A stretch of DNA of 63,870 nucleotides, counting the filler, from Octopus bimaculoides (taxonomy: Eukaryota): assembly GCF_001194135.2 (NCBI RefSeq). It is 8 parts of 8 records of this genome, joined end to end, with 100 filler letters (N's around TTAATTAATTAA, not from the genome) between each part and the next. Parts side by side here need not be neighbours in the genome. Positions count along the whole stretch, not along the records: positions 9,611 to 18,069 come from NC_068991.1; positions 18,170 to 30,740 come from NC_069002.1; 6 more parts are not named here. One strand, written 5' to 3'. This document shows, piece by piece, positions 12,345 to 24,186 of this stretch. A program made the translations under genes and the position numbers. Numbering within the stretch: the first letter of the stretch is position 1; the number at the start of each line of letters is the position of its first letter. The notes beneath the pieces were generated by a model, which ran no database searches, was not told where the DNA came from, and saw nothing but the letters and a program-made list of their open reading frames with translations.

Positions 12345-13110
12345 CTCGTCTCCTTAGCCGAACTGCAGTCGTGGATTAAACAGAGACCTAGGCTAGGCGA
12401 ATGGCACCGCGAGTGTCGCATTGCTCTCAAGCAACTCTGCCGTCCGGGACCAGTCTTGTGCAACTTTGATTCCACAAAAGCGTTCTATAGAGGATTAGTG
12501 GAGGGGAGGTGCGACGACGATCTCGGGCAGAATTTGGGCGTCGACGAGGAACACCTGATCCGCCTGTTCAGGACAACTTTCGGGCCGGAACCTATGGACA
12601 ACCACCAGAGATCCCTGGCCTGGCAGTGCTATCGAGAAGCATTACCCGTTCGGGATAAGTTGTACAGGCACGGTTCGAGACACACCGGACCGACATGCCC
12701 GAGATGCGGTCAGAGCGACGAAACCGTTCTGCACGCACTCGTGCAGTGTCCAAAGATTCCGACCTGTGGGCTTATGCCAACGGCTGCTGTCACGTGTGGG
12801 ACGAGTCCGCCTGTCGGCCGAGTCTATTGTGTAAATTGCTCCGCCACCGTCCCTCAACAGGGAAAGCAAGGCAGTGTTCATCATACTGGTGGCCATGATG
12901 AAAGAATGTGTGTGGTAGACCCGAGCGAAAGGATTAGAGACGAAAACCTACCTCTGTGGCCAATCGCTCATCAACTTTTTCAAGTACCACTTGAAAAGGA
13001 AGGTGAGAATAGAGAGGCAGGTTTTGTCTTGTGAAAGTTTCATTAAAAGGTGGGTGAATGTAGCAAAGATGGTGCGTGCGAGTGACGATACCTCTTTGAG
13101 GATGATCCTA
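12345..13110 (+). mobile_element. Tx1/L1-clade LINE 3' end with zf-RVT zinc finger, frameshifted
   Basis: ORF 12456-13034 contains SLAWQCYREALPVRDKLYRHG..CPRCGQSDETVLHALVQCP; the C-terminus continues in another frame (KRWVNVAKMV). Confidence 0.85.
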
Positions 13111-13564
13111 TAAATCGAGATAAATAAGAGAGAGAGAGAGAGAGAACACTTTGCTCTCATGTATCTATTCACTGCTGAAGTTACCGTGGTCTTTTCCGTA
13201 GGCTTTTCTCCCCATGGATAAACCTAATGTTACCCCATTTTACACTATTGACATTTTCTGTGATATACGATACCTTATTTTTTTTTTGCCCCTACCGATC
13301 CCTTTTGATCGGATTTTTTTATCTATCTATCAATCTAAACTTTCTATCTATTTACCTACCTACCTATCTCTCTATCTATCTATTTATCTTCCCATGTACA
13401 ACCCAATTCTTTGACTACATATAAAAATATTTTCGTTTTCAGCCTAACTAGAGCCGTCCGTAGATTCCTGCGCCGGCGCGGATTTATAATGTGGTTTTAT
13501 TAAGGAATTAGACATGAAGAGGTAAAGTATGAAATCTATCTTTCTTTCAAACTTTCTTTTATTT

Positions 13565-14010
13565 GTTTCAGTTACTGAACTACGGCCATCCTGGGGCACC
13601 ACCTTCAAAGACTTGGTCGACCAAATCCACCCCAGTGCATATTTTTTATGTCTGGTACTTACTCTATCGGTACCTTTCGCCGAACCGCTTTGTTATGGGG
13701 ACATAAACAAACCAACATCGGTTGTCAAGCGGTTGGCACAAACAAAAGCAGATACACTCTCTCACACACACATGGGTGCAGACACACTTACATACTTACA
13801 CGAACACTCACACAAACGCAGTCACACAGACACACAGACACTCAGGCAGACAAAAACACGCACACACGCACACACACACACACACACACACATACACAAG
13901 CGACGAACTTCCATACAGTATCCGTCTGCAAACTCCCCTCACAAGGCGTTGCTTGACCTGAGGCCACAGTAGAAGAGGCAGCCAAGGTGTTCCGCAGTAG
14001 GACTGAACCG
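13565..14010 (-). mobile_element. SINE family C copy with internal (CA)n; other copies at 21585-21740(-), 30841-31013(+), 47375-47510(+), 49505-49905(-)
   Basis: Shared blocks (GGTTCAGTCCCACTG head, CTTGACAACCGATG..GGT body, GGCCATGCTGG tail) recur at these sites. Confidence 0.7.
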
Positions 14011-14015
14011 AAAGC

Positions 14016-14290
14016 GGATCTATTTCAAAACGGGGGCACCAGTTTTCATTTATGTTTTATGTAGTGTTTTTGGTACCGAAAGACTTTCAAACTTCGTATA
14101 CTTATCTATTTTATGTTATAGAACAGAAAAAAATTTTTGTATTCGAATTTATTTCATGTAAAAAATTGTCTTATTTCGATAATTTCTACTAATCACTGAC
14201 GTCTATTCAGTTGAAAACAGTTAGCGCTGTAACGGTGTATATCGTATTAATCCCCTAACCCTAACTAGACTGTTAACCCTAACCCTAAAA
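14016..14290. mobile_element. Longer member of the MITE family seen at 20069; carries short TAACCC repeats; truncated by gap
   Basis: Starts GGATCT..GGGGCACC and shares ~80 bp with 20069-20202. Confidence 0.5.
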
Positions 14291-16434
14291 CNNNNNNNNN
14301 NNNNNNNNNNNNNNNNNNNNNNNNNNNNNNNNNNNNNNNNNNNNNNNNNNNNNNNNNNNNNNNNNNNNNNNNNNNNNNNNNNNNNNNNNNNNNNNNNNNN
14401 NNNNNNNNNNNNNNNNNNNNNNNNNNNNNNNNNNNNNNNNNNNNNNNNNNNNNNNNNNNNNNNNNNNNNNNNNNNNNNNNNNNNNNNNNNNNNNNNNNNN
14501 NNNNNNNNNNNNNNNNNNNNNNNNNNNNNNNNNNNNNNNNNNNNNNNNNNNNNNNNNNNNNNNNNNNNNNNNNNNNNNNNNNNNNNNNNNNNNNNNNNNN
14601 NNNNNNNNNNNNNNNNNNNNNNNNNNNNNNNNNNNNNNNNNNNNNNNNNNNNNNNNNNNNNNNNNNNNNNNNNNNNNNNNNNNNNNNNNNNNNNNNNNNN
14701 NNNNNNNNNNNNNNNNNNNNNNNNNNNNNNNNNNNNNNNNNNNNNNNNNNNNNNNNNNNNNNNNNNNNNNNNNNNNNNNNNNNNNNNNNNNNNNNNNNNN
14801 NNNNNNNNNNNNNNNNNNNNNNTCCCTTTAAAGCACTTATAATCCCTATTTTTTGTTATATATAAGAACTGAAATAATTTTGTGGGGTCCCAGAATAACT
14901 TCGTCCACACTCCATTCCTTACAAATTTTACAAACTTTCTAGGGTTCAATCCATAGAGATGCTCCCTCACAAACTTTTATTTTTCATTAGAAATATCGCA
15001 ACCCCAGTTTATTTGTGGAAAAGAATTTTTTGGATAAACTTATTGTTTTGGTTTTTTCTTGTTGATTTCCAGACTCAGAAAACATTTCTGAATTAGATTT
15101 GGTCTAAAATACTAAAAATATTAAGAATTAGAGCCCAGAAAATGAGGATAACATCAAAGAAACTAAGTGACATGCGGGATTTCTAGATCAAAGTCTATCA
15201 TTAAGAATGAATTAGACGTGGAGGATGTAAGTATAAATGTTATAAATGTTATATTGATTAGACAGCCACCGCTGCGGCAACAGCTGCCACCACCACCACC
15301 AAGAACAACAACAGCAACACATCAACAAACACCACACATGTCTACAACTACACAGCNNNNNNNNNNNNNNNNNNNNNNNNNNNNNNNNNNNNNNNNNNNN
15401 NNNNNNNNNNNNNNNNNNNNNNNNNNNNNNNNNNNNNNNNNNNNNNNNNNNNNNNNGAGGAGTAATATAACATGGTGTAGATAGGTATTACAAACTCCTG
15501 TTAAATGCAACGCCTTATAACATCTTCCGTTAAACATAATAGTGATATGAGAGACATACTTTTATAACCTCCAGCTGCTGTTAAATACTGGGTGTAAGTT
15601 AGTAACCCTTCACTCTTGTTCAATGTAAACAAGGTGTAACTGTATAACATCAAAGCCTGTTAATCGAAAGCAGTCAACTGTTGTTAAATATAACAATGAG
15701 TAAATGGCTGCGAGTGTTGCAGGATAAATAGTTCTACAGCTAACCAACAAATATAGAAGCGAAATCTCTCTTAAATAACATCTAAAAAGAAGGCCACATT
15801 AAGGAGTGAAGTCAGGGGTCTACTGAAATGATGAGTGTGGCTGGCATGGCTTGTATCACAGCTAGGTCTTCTGGGCTAGGGATTGATTTCGAGGGCTAAA
15901 CAACCTACAGTCAAGTTGTAGGGCTAACTCCCCATCTCCCTTCACCCGTAACCCCACTAACGTCCCTACTAACAGGCCTCTCCCCTTACTATTAACCCTA
16001 CTAACACTACTAACAACCCTACAGCTTATTGTAGATGTTGTTTTAGTAGAGATCAACCCTGTCACATGTTGGCTGACCTTGATCAAAGTTGTTCCAATCT
16101 CATTTATCCTGACGGTATATGTCAGGCTACATTGATTAATAATGCCCTTTCTTAATTAGCGAGTGATTAGCTGCGATTTCAACGACAGCATATAAAACTT
16201 CAATGATTGGTCAGATTATATCTTTTAATGTTTAAACTAACATAGGAACACTCCGTAACACCACGTTCCAAATAAATATAAGAAAGACCACATATTTAAC
16301 ACCGAGAATCCACGGAACATAGCAAGGAGTAGATGTACATAGGATATGAAGCTCCTGTAACATCCAGTTTTTGTTAAAGATGACATATTCATATCATGTG
16401 ACTCTTGCTAACAACATGAAGAGTACCCCTAACA

Positions 16435-16715
16435 AGCAGCGACAATATGGAGGAAATATTTTGTACAACAACAGCCAGCAATTGTTCACCACAATATGAA
16501 GGCAATATTTTGTGCAGCAACAAACAGCAATTGTTCGCCACAATATGAAAGTAATATTTCGTGCTCCAACAGACAGCAATTGTTTACCATAATATGAAAG
16601 CAATTGTTCACCATAATATGAAAGCAATATTTCTTGCTCCAACAGACAGCAATTGTTCGCCATAATATGAAGACAATATTTCTATACCAACATTGAGCAA
16701 TTGTTCACCATAACA
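16435..16715. repeat. Degenerate ~49-bp minisatellite (~5-6 units)
   Basis: Recurrent CAGCAATTGTTCACCACAATATGAA..CAATATTT unit; length not a multiple of 3. Confidence 0.85.
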
Positions 16716-17890
16716 ATGACGCAGTATTCATATTGAGTTTAACTTGGGCAAAAAACTAACATATTTTAGAATTAAAATTTCCATCTCCTCTGAAAATAAA
16801 CATAAGTATACATATACAACCAGTTTATGCTGTAAATAATTTTTAATATTAATACTATAACAGCAATAAATGTTTCTGCGTTAACTTAGAGGGTGTTTAT
16901 AACACCTTGCCATGTACTGAAGATCCTACATACAGCATTTATTACAAGTCCTGATTTATACACCTCACTGACTTTACAAATATCGACTCGCTGCTAAAAT
17001 TAATTTAGCTACATCAACACATTGTTACTGTTATCAATAACATGAAGGCTACATAAATTATATCTAACAATGAAATGTTGTGCACATTTAACATGGAGAC
17101 TTCAATTCTAACATCCATCTCTTGTTAGCAACAACATGGAGACGACTTGTCACATTCAGTTCTTGTAGCTACACCAACACATACCAGCTACTGTTATCAA
17201 TAGCAAGAAGGCTATATGTACAATACCCAGCTGTTGTTCACAATAACATGGATACTTTAAACACTCCGTCCCAGGGCTAATACCTAACAACAACCAGCGT
17301 CATTTAAAAGTAACATTGATATACTTCATTAACAGCCATTGGTCTGCTAAATATAACATGGTCAACTATCATAAACAATCCCCTCCTTCGGAGAGAATAT
17401 TGGATAGCTTTTGCAACAACAACAACGCCTACAACAATCTCCTGAAGGATGTAAGAATATCACTGTATGAACCATCTATTACAAAATAACTTTGTGACTA
17501 TTTTCAACATCAAGCTCCTCCAGCTGACAACATCGAAAGTTTTCAAGAACCAGGATTGGGCTACCAGTTTCATGTCTTACAAACAATAATGAAATCTAAA
17601 AGAGCTATTTCTTCCCGCAAATAACATCAAGAAAATAAAATACTTCTTTTGGTATGAATAATATGATCGAAGCTACAACCATCAACATTCGATCTCACAT
17701 AATACAGTAGAGATAATAATGACCACTATCTCCTGATCTAAATATTGCAGTGGAGACTATACCAATTATATCCTGATCGCAACTACTTCGAACAGACTTT
17801 AACAATCAGGTCTTGGTTATATATACACTGTCAAGCGTATGACATCAATTTTAGGGCCGTAACAACAGTGTGCAAATTATAGCATCAATC

Positions 17891-18069
17891 ACGTGGTCAT
17901 AACTACATTGTACAGACTATAACATCATTTGTGATTATAACTATATTGTACAGACTCTAACATCTTTTGTGACCATAATTACATTGTAGAGACTATAACA
18001 TCTTCCGTGATCCATAACTACTTTGTAGGAACTATAACATCTTTCGTGTTCAGAACTACATTGTATAAA
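17891..18069. repeat. ~38-bp minisatellite running into a gap
   Basis: Recurrent ATAACTACATTGTACAGACTATAACATC..TGTGA unit. Confidence 0.85.
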
Positions 18070-18169
18070 NNNNNNNNNNNNNNNNNNNNNNNNNNNNNNN
18101 NNNNNNNNNNNNNTTAATTAATTAANNNNNNNNNNNNNNNNNNNNNNNNNNNNNNNNNNNNNNNNNNNN

Positions 18170-18285
18170 CGCGCCGTGGGCCGAGGAGCTGCCGACACGC
18201 CGTGGGCCGAGGGGCTGCCGACACGCCGTGGGCTGAGGGGCTGCCGACACGCCGTGGGCCGAGGGGCTGCAGACATGCTGTGGGT
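18170..18285. repeat. GC-rich 26-bp tandem repeat (~4 units)
   Basis: GCCGTGGGCCGAGGGGCTGCCGACAC repeated with few substitutions. Confidence 0.9.
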
Positions 18286-18639
18286 GTGGGTGTGAATTCT
18301 GATGTTTTAAGAGCCTTTTATGTCTCTTGCATTTTTTTTTTTTGTATCTTTTGAAGTGGTACTTTGAGTTTCTTTATCTCAATCTTCAAGTTGTCATCTC
18401 GATACAAAGCTGTAATATTTGACACAGTATTTCAATATCAAGTGTCTTCATAGATCTAATTATCCAGTGTTTGATAAGTTAAGTGGTGTAGCATGTGGCG
18501 GTGGGGGTTTTACAAGCATTAGACATGCGCACCTTGTGAAATGGTATGTTGAGTGGCCCAGTTATGTTCGGTTTAGGCAGTTTATTATTATGCATCACAA
18601 ATCTGCTCGGACGCTTCCAACTGTTTGTCGAGTTTCGTC

Positions 18640-19080
18640 TCTGTTTTTTCTTAATGCGCCAAGTGAAGGAGGTCGTTTAATGAATGCGAGTGGTTGAAGA
18701 ACAGTGTGCAACGAAATCCCTATATGGTTTGTGACGGATCGAAACGAGCGACTGTTATCTGTGACCTAACTGACGCGCTGTTTTCTAGCAAGACTTTGCC
18801 GGATTGTTTTCGATGAGCGACGGATTGGAGACGGTAAATTTTGATGCCTACTTCGACAGCTTGTTACGGCTCTGGGCAAGAGAGGACCAAAGTGCTGAGA
18901 TGCTGTGCGAGGCGTAAACCGCCGGGATTGGAATGCTTACTCTTGTTCACTCTCGTCTCAAAAGAATTCTACTGCAGCTGACACAGCAGTCTGGGACCAT
19001 ATTTAGTAGAGTGAGCCGAGGTGGTGGCGCTGTCGAAGAAGGACCCGATCAAACGAACGCGGTAGAAAATTTCAGATCCG
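18640..19080 (+). mobile_element. Decayed Tx1/L1 LINE fragment (tether and start of RT)
   Basis: DFAGLFSMSDGL..FD.YFDSLLRL, KPPGL, and VVALSKKDP..ENFR resemble KSPGLDG / VALLKKDP..ENFRPITL. Confidence 0.6.
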
Positions 19081-19081
19081 A

Positions 19082-19740
19082 ATGATGACGAAAATGGCGG
19101 CAAATGAAAGTACACATCTCGGACAAAAGACGTTGCCACCAGACAACAGCACAATCATTTTAACAGTTCAGCCCTGTCGCCGCTTGCAAGCTAACGACAC
19201 CAGGGTGCCATGTATCATATTCTTTCATTCTTTCTTTTCTTTTTTTTTTATTTTGCTAGTTGTTTTAATTCACTATGTAGTGACATGTAGACGCGGCCAT
19301 TCACCATGTGCAGCTGCAGAAAGATGGGGGGAAGAGACAAATAACAAGTGCCTTGTATTCATGTATTTACCGCTGAGTTGGTTCATTTTCAGGTGGTGTA
19401 TTGAGTCCTTGAGCAAGGCATTTCATTTCACGTTGCGCCAGTCTACTCAGCGGTAAATACATGAATACAAGGCACTTGTTATTCATCCCTTCCCCCATCT
19501 TTCTCCAGCTGCACATGGTGAATGGCCGTGTCTACATGTCACTACATAGTGAACTAAAACAACTAGCAAAATAAAAGAAAAAGAAAAGAAAGAAAGAATG
19601 TGATACATGGCACCCTGCTGTCGCTAGCTTGCAAGCGGCGACAGGGCTGAACTGTTAAAATGATTGTGCTGCTGTCTGGTGGCAACGTCTTTTGTCCGAG
19701 GTGTGTACTTTTATTTGCCGCCATTTTCGTCATCATCATC
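19082..19740. repeat. Long inverted repeat: ~295-bp arms (19082-19378 / 19445-19740), 66-nt loop
   Basis: Arms are reverse complements with only scattered mismatches; the loop is a SINE-like fragment (GTCCTTGAGCAAGGCA..). Confidence 0.95.
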
Positions 19741-20068
19741 TTATCAGCCGGCAGTAAGCTGCCGTATAACCTGACTGTTCTCATAACCAGTAGCCATTTT
19801 ATTCTAACAAATACCACAGGAGAGAGGAGAGGGATGAAGTTAACGGAACTACCATCTGGTACTTGGGTGTCGTCAGCGAAGTGAACTATCTTATAAGAAA
19901 TAACTGCCAAATTACAACCTAACATTTCGACAGTCTGCTGCACAATACACATGCTGACACATCTCAAGACAATGAAGAATAGAGTTTCACATCTTTAAAA
20001 TTTATTTAATAAAATTCATTTTCTTCGTATTGCACCCCGACACGTTTCCTTTTGTTGTCCCTTTTTTG

Positions 20069-20202
20069 GGATCTTTCTGAATTGAAGGGGCACCACTTTT
20101 TATTTATGTTTTATGTAGTGTTTTTGGTACCGAAACACTTTCAAACTTCGTATACTTGTATATTTTGTGTTATATTTTGTGCCCGTCAATTCAGAAAGAT
20201 CC
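20069..20202. mobile_element. 134-bp MITE with ~25-bp TIRs and 9-bp TSD (Merlin- or Mutator-type)
   Basis: TIR GGATCTTTCTGAATTGA.GGGGCAC / GTGCCCGTCAATTCAGAAAGATCC; CCTTTTTTG at 20060-20068 and 20203-20211. Confidence 0.75.
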
Positions 20203-20304
20203 CCTTTTTTGTATCACCTGTCTGGATGTTTTGCGTTCTTGTCCCATTTTTGTATTATATATTACACACACACACACACATATATATATACATAAGCGAG
20301 CGCG

Positions 20305-21539
20305 CGGTGTTCGGGCTAAATTTTATCATTTTTTTTTTAAATGTCTCCTTACTTCATGAACAACTTGGTGACCAGTCAACGGGGTTGAAACGCATAAAGA
20401 TTAAAGTTACAGTTGCGAAAAAGTTAGCTGACATGGGGGACTCGAAGACATCTCAGTATTGGGGAAAAAGTGACCTGTGTCAAGATGATTCGCGCTGGAT
20501 ATCAGAATGCCGACATCATGATTGCTGCTGGCTCGAAGTCGTGACATACACAGTTGCAATGAAGATTAGCAAGCCATAGTCAGCGGGAAGGGACACAACA
20601 GGCGTTCTGACTGAGTCTGCAAGCCGGAATCCATCCAACAACTGCAGAACGAGATGGAAGATCCGAGCAAGAAAATCTGGGTCTTGGCGAGAGAGATGAG
20701 TGTTGAAATCGCCACCTTAAAGCTAGCCCTGAATGAAGACTTTCGCTACTACTAGTACAAGAGTCGTAAGGGACAAATTCTGATAGCCAAGGCCAAGGGG
20801 AACAGCCAAAGAAGCTCCTGAACAAGCTAAGGCATCCTGTTGAGCCTTAGCTTGTTCTTTTTAGATGAAAAGAACTTCTGCCAAGACCGGCTGCCCAACA
20901 TCCAGAACAACATGTGGCTTGCCTACAATCCATGTAATGTCCCACGTATCACGTAAACCAAATTCTCCAAACTGTGATGGTCTTTGGACGTGTCTCCTGT
21001 AAGGGTGACGTCTTGCTGCCCCACATCCGCGAACAGGGTCTTAGGCTCAATTCAGACGGTTATGTGAAGCTGTTGGAGACTGGTCAAACCTTGAAGGGAG
21101 TTGCTGTTGGAGGGCCATACGTATGGCAACAGGATTAGGGTTTCCTGTGAGAAGAGTTAGAAGTGGCCGTCGAAGAGTTTCTAAGACTTCACCAGTCCCA
21201 ATTTCTAGTCGCCTAATTCTGATCGTAATCCCATGGATTATTAAGTGTGGGGCGTGATTGAGAAAGACATCAACCGCTCTGCCTGTAACACAAAGGACGA
21301 ACTGGGAGCCATGGTAAAGGACGTTGAAGATCTTCCCAGTGACAGTGAGGGACACATGCGCCAGGTCCTGCAGTAGTTTTGTGGCCGTGGCGGAAGCTGA
21401 TGGGGCCTACTTTGAGTAAACTGTTATAATCTACCTGATACTTTTTTTTGATTTTTTTAAAGAATACTTTTATTTTTTGGATGGTTTATAGAGTTATCTT
21501 TTCCCGTTATGTAAATTATCAAATTTTGCCTGCAAACTG
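20305..21539 (+). mobile_element. Near full-length decayed maT/DD37D-like Tc1/mariner element
   Basis: F.DEKNFCQD, VMVFGRVSCKGDV, YVWQQD, PNS-D.NPMDY*VWGVIEK, EADGAYFE*. Degenerate 22-bp TIRs (16/22 match). The same left-TIR start GGTGTTCGGGCTAAATT recurs at ~47014. Confidence 0.8.
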
Positions 21540-22494
21540 TTGAATTTAGCTTGAACATATTTATATACCTACATAAACGGTGGGCTTTTAGTTTCGGTCA
21601 ACGAAGATCCATTCACAAAGCTTCTGTGGGCCTAGGACTGTAACAGAAAACACTCACCCAAAGTGTCGCGTATTGGGACTGAACCCAAGACGTACGATTG
21701 ACAAGATTGCTTCTCATCCATACAGCTAGACCAAGCCTGTAATACTAATTATTTTTGGCCAGTGTTTATGTTACACGGGGGTGAAATAAACAGGGTTACA
21801 AGAAATTAAATACGTATGAAAATGCCATTTCGTATTTAGATTCAGCGCACACTTAGAACAGCCACCAAATCATTCGCAAAAATTTGACAAAATCTGCCAA
21901 ACTTTGGTAAATAATTATATATTCTTTATTAATAATTATCGCCAAGCCAACATGGCAGTCCCAAATATAGGACGAATGCTGCCGTGGATTAGCTCCAAGA
22001 GGCCATCGCCTCTAGCTAGCTATGTGACACACGAATCTGTGTCCTTAAACTTAGAAATATTAATCTATACTATATATCTCTATATATTCTTTATTAAAAT
22101 TTCTTTAATAATTACGTCTAATTCGTTGTTAATATATGGTTAACCGAGTTAAATTATTACTTAATTAAATAAAAAATATATAATAAATTCATAAGGAATG
22201 ACAAAAATTTATGAGATTTTGAGAGACCACTTTATGTTATGAAATTTATGAGTTTTTGAGAGACTAGCTAAACCTTCAAGATCTCAGGTTTTGCTTGTCT
22301 AAATCATTTAATTGTAATAAAACTGACGAGCGAAGAGAAATTTTTCAGATTTTGAGAGGCTACTTCACGTTTCAGTTTTTTAAATTTATTTATTGTTTTT
22401 AGTCATGGAACTATGGTCATGCTGGCAGGGGTGGGTCACTGCATTCAAGATTTTTATTTGATTTTGTCGATCATAGCGATAGTTTATTAATCTA

Positions 22495-22775
22495 TAGGCA
22501 GACGAAATACCGCTAATCATTTCGCCCGGCGTGCTAACGTTTCTGATTTCTTTACTGCCCACAAGGGGCTACACACAGAGGGGACAAACAAGGACAGACA
22601 AACGGATTAAGTCGATTATATCGATCCCAGTGCGTAACTGGTACTTAATTTATCGACCCCGAAAGGATGAAAGGCAAAGTCGACCTCGGCGGAATTTGAA
22701 CTCAGAACGTAACGGCAGACGAAATACCGCTAAGCATTTCGCCCGGCGTGCTAACGATTCTACCAGCTCACCGCA
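22495..22775 (-). mobile_element. tRNA-derived SINE family B; other copies at 23345-23440(-), 33435-33590(+), 35215-35420(-), 38040-38190(-), 49345-49470(+)
   Basis: Head GGCG..GAGCTGGCAGAATCGTTAGCA with B-box-like GAGTTCAAATTCC; usually next to (AAT)n tails. Confidence 0.8.
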
Positions 22776-23439
22776 GAGTAAATATTGAGCACGTCTGAAC
22801 AACTCAGTTGCGAATAACAATAATCCTTTCTAGTATTANNNNNNNNNNNNNNNNNNNNNNNNNNNNNNNNNNNNNNNNNNNNNNNNNNNNNNNNNNNNNN
22901 NNNNNNNNNNNNNNNNNNNNNNNNNNNNNNNNNNNNNNNNNNNNNNNNNNNNNNNNNNNNNNNNNNNNNNNNNNNNNNNNNNNNNNNNNNNNNNNNNNNN
23001 NNNNNNNNNNNNNNNNNNNNNNNNNNNNNNNNNNNNNNNNNNNNNNNNNNNNNNNNNNNNNNNNNNNNNNNNNNNNNNNNNNNNNNNNNNNNNNNNNNNN
23101 NNNNNNNNNNNNNNNNNNNNNNNNNNNNNNNNNNNNNNNNNNNNNNNNNNNNNNNNNNNNNNNNNNNNNNNNNNNNNNNNNNNNNNNNNNNNNNNNNNNN
23201 NNNNNNNNNNNNNNNNNNNNNNNNNNNNNNNNNNNNNNNNNNNNNNNNNNNNNNNNNNNNNNNNNNNNNNNNNNNNNNNNNNNNNNNNNNNNNNNNNNNN
23301 NNNNNNNNNNNNNNNNNNNNNNNNNNNNNNNNNNNNNNNNNNNNNGACCTCGGCGGAATTTGAACTCGGAACGTAGCGATAGGCGAAATACTGTCAAGCA
23401 TTTAGTCCAGCGGGCTAACGATTCTGCCAGCTCGCCGCT

Positions 23440-23486
<47 letters not shown>

Positions 23487-24154
23487 CATCCTTCCTACTA
23501 TAGGTACAGGGTCTGGATTTTTATGGGAATGGGAGGGGGGAGTGCTCAGCCACTTGCACGTTAATTTCACGAGCAGGCCGTTCCGTTGATCGGATCAACT
23601 GGAACCCTCGACGTCGTCGTAAGCGACGGAGTGCCAACAACAACGACAACAACGTTTATTGATTAAGCTATGATCAGCGCCAGTGCTAAGCAGAAACAAG
23701 TTAATGGGATATAGGGTTTAGGTATGGGTGCGAGTGAAGTATAGATCTTGAGTGTATGGGTGTATTGGGTAAGGCGTATCGGATAATTAATACCAGGAGA
23801 TACATATATAATGAATGTATCCGAGTCCATTACATTACGCAAGGGCAGAGGGCTGCGAAGTGGCCCATTAGTGGAGCCGAAGGACTCAAAGAGGCCCTCC
23901 GCGGCAGCTAGCATGAATACCGCCCGAAGGAGTTTTAGAATAGAGGCAGCTGATGAAGGAATAATTCCATACGTGGCTTGTTTGTCTTCCTATGTGTTCG
24001 TTCTGTTGTCTGTAAACAAAGTCCGTTTTGTTTTTATGTCCCCGTTCATTTTTCTAACGTCCTATACCCGGATATGCATCTACATATGCATGTAGATGTT
24101 GGTAGTACATATATGTATGTATACGTGCATATGCTTATATATCATTTGTATTAC

Positions 24155-24186
<32 letters not shown>

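Noticed and set aside
14255-14290. TAACCC telomere-like repeats next to a gap
   Set aside because: Only a few interrupted units inside a dispersed MITE-like element; no evidence of a telomeric array.
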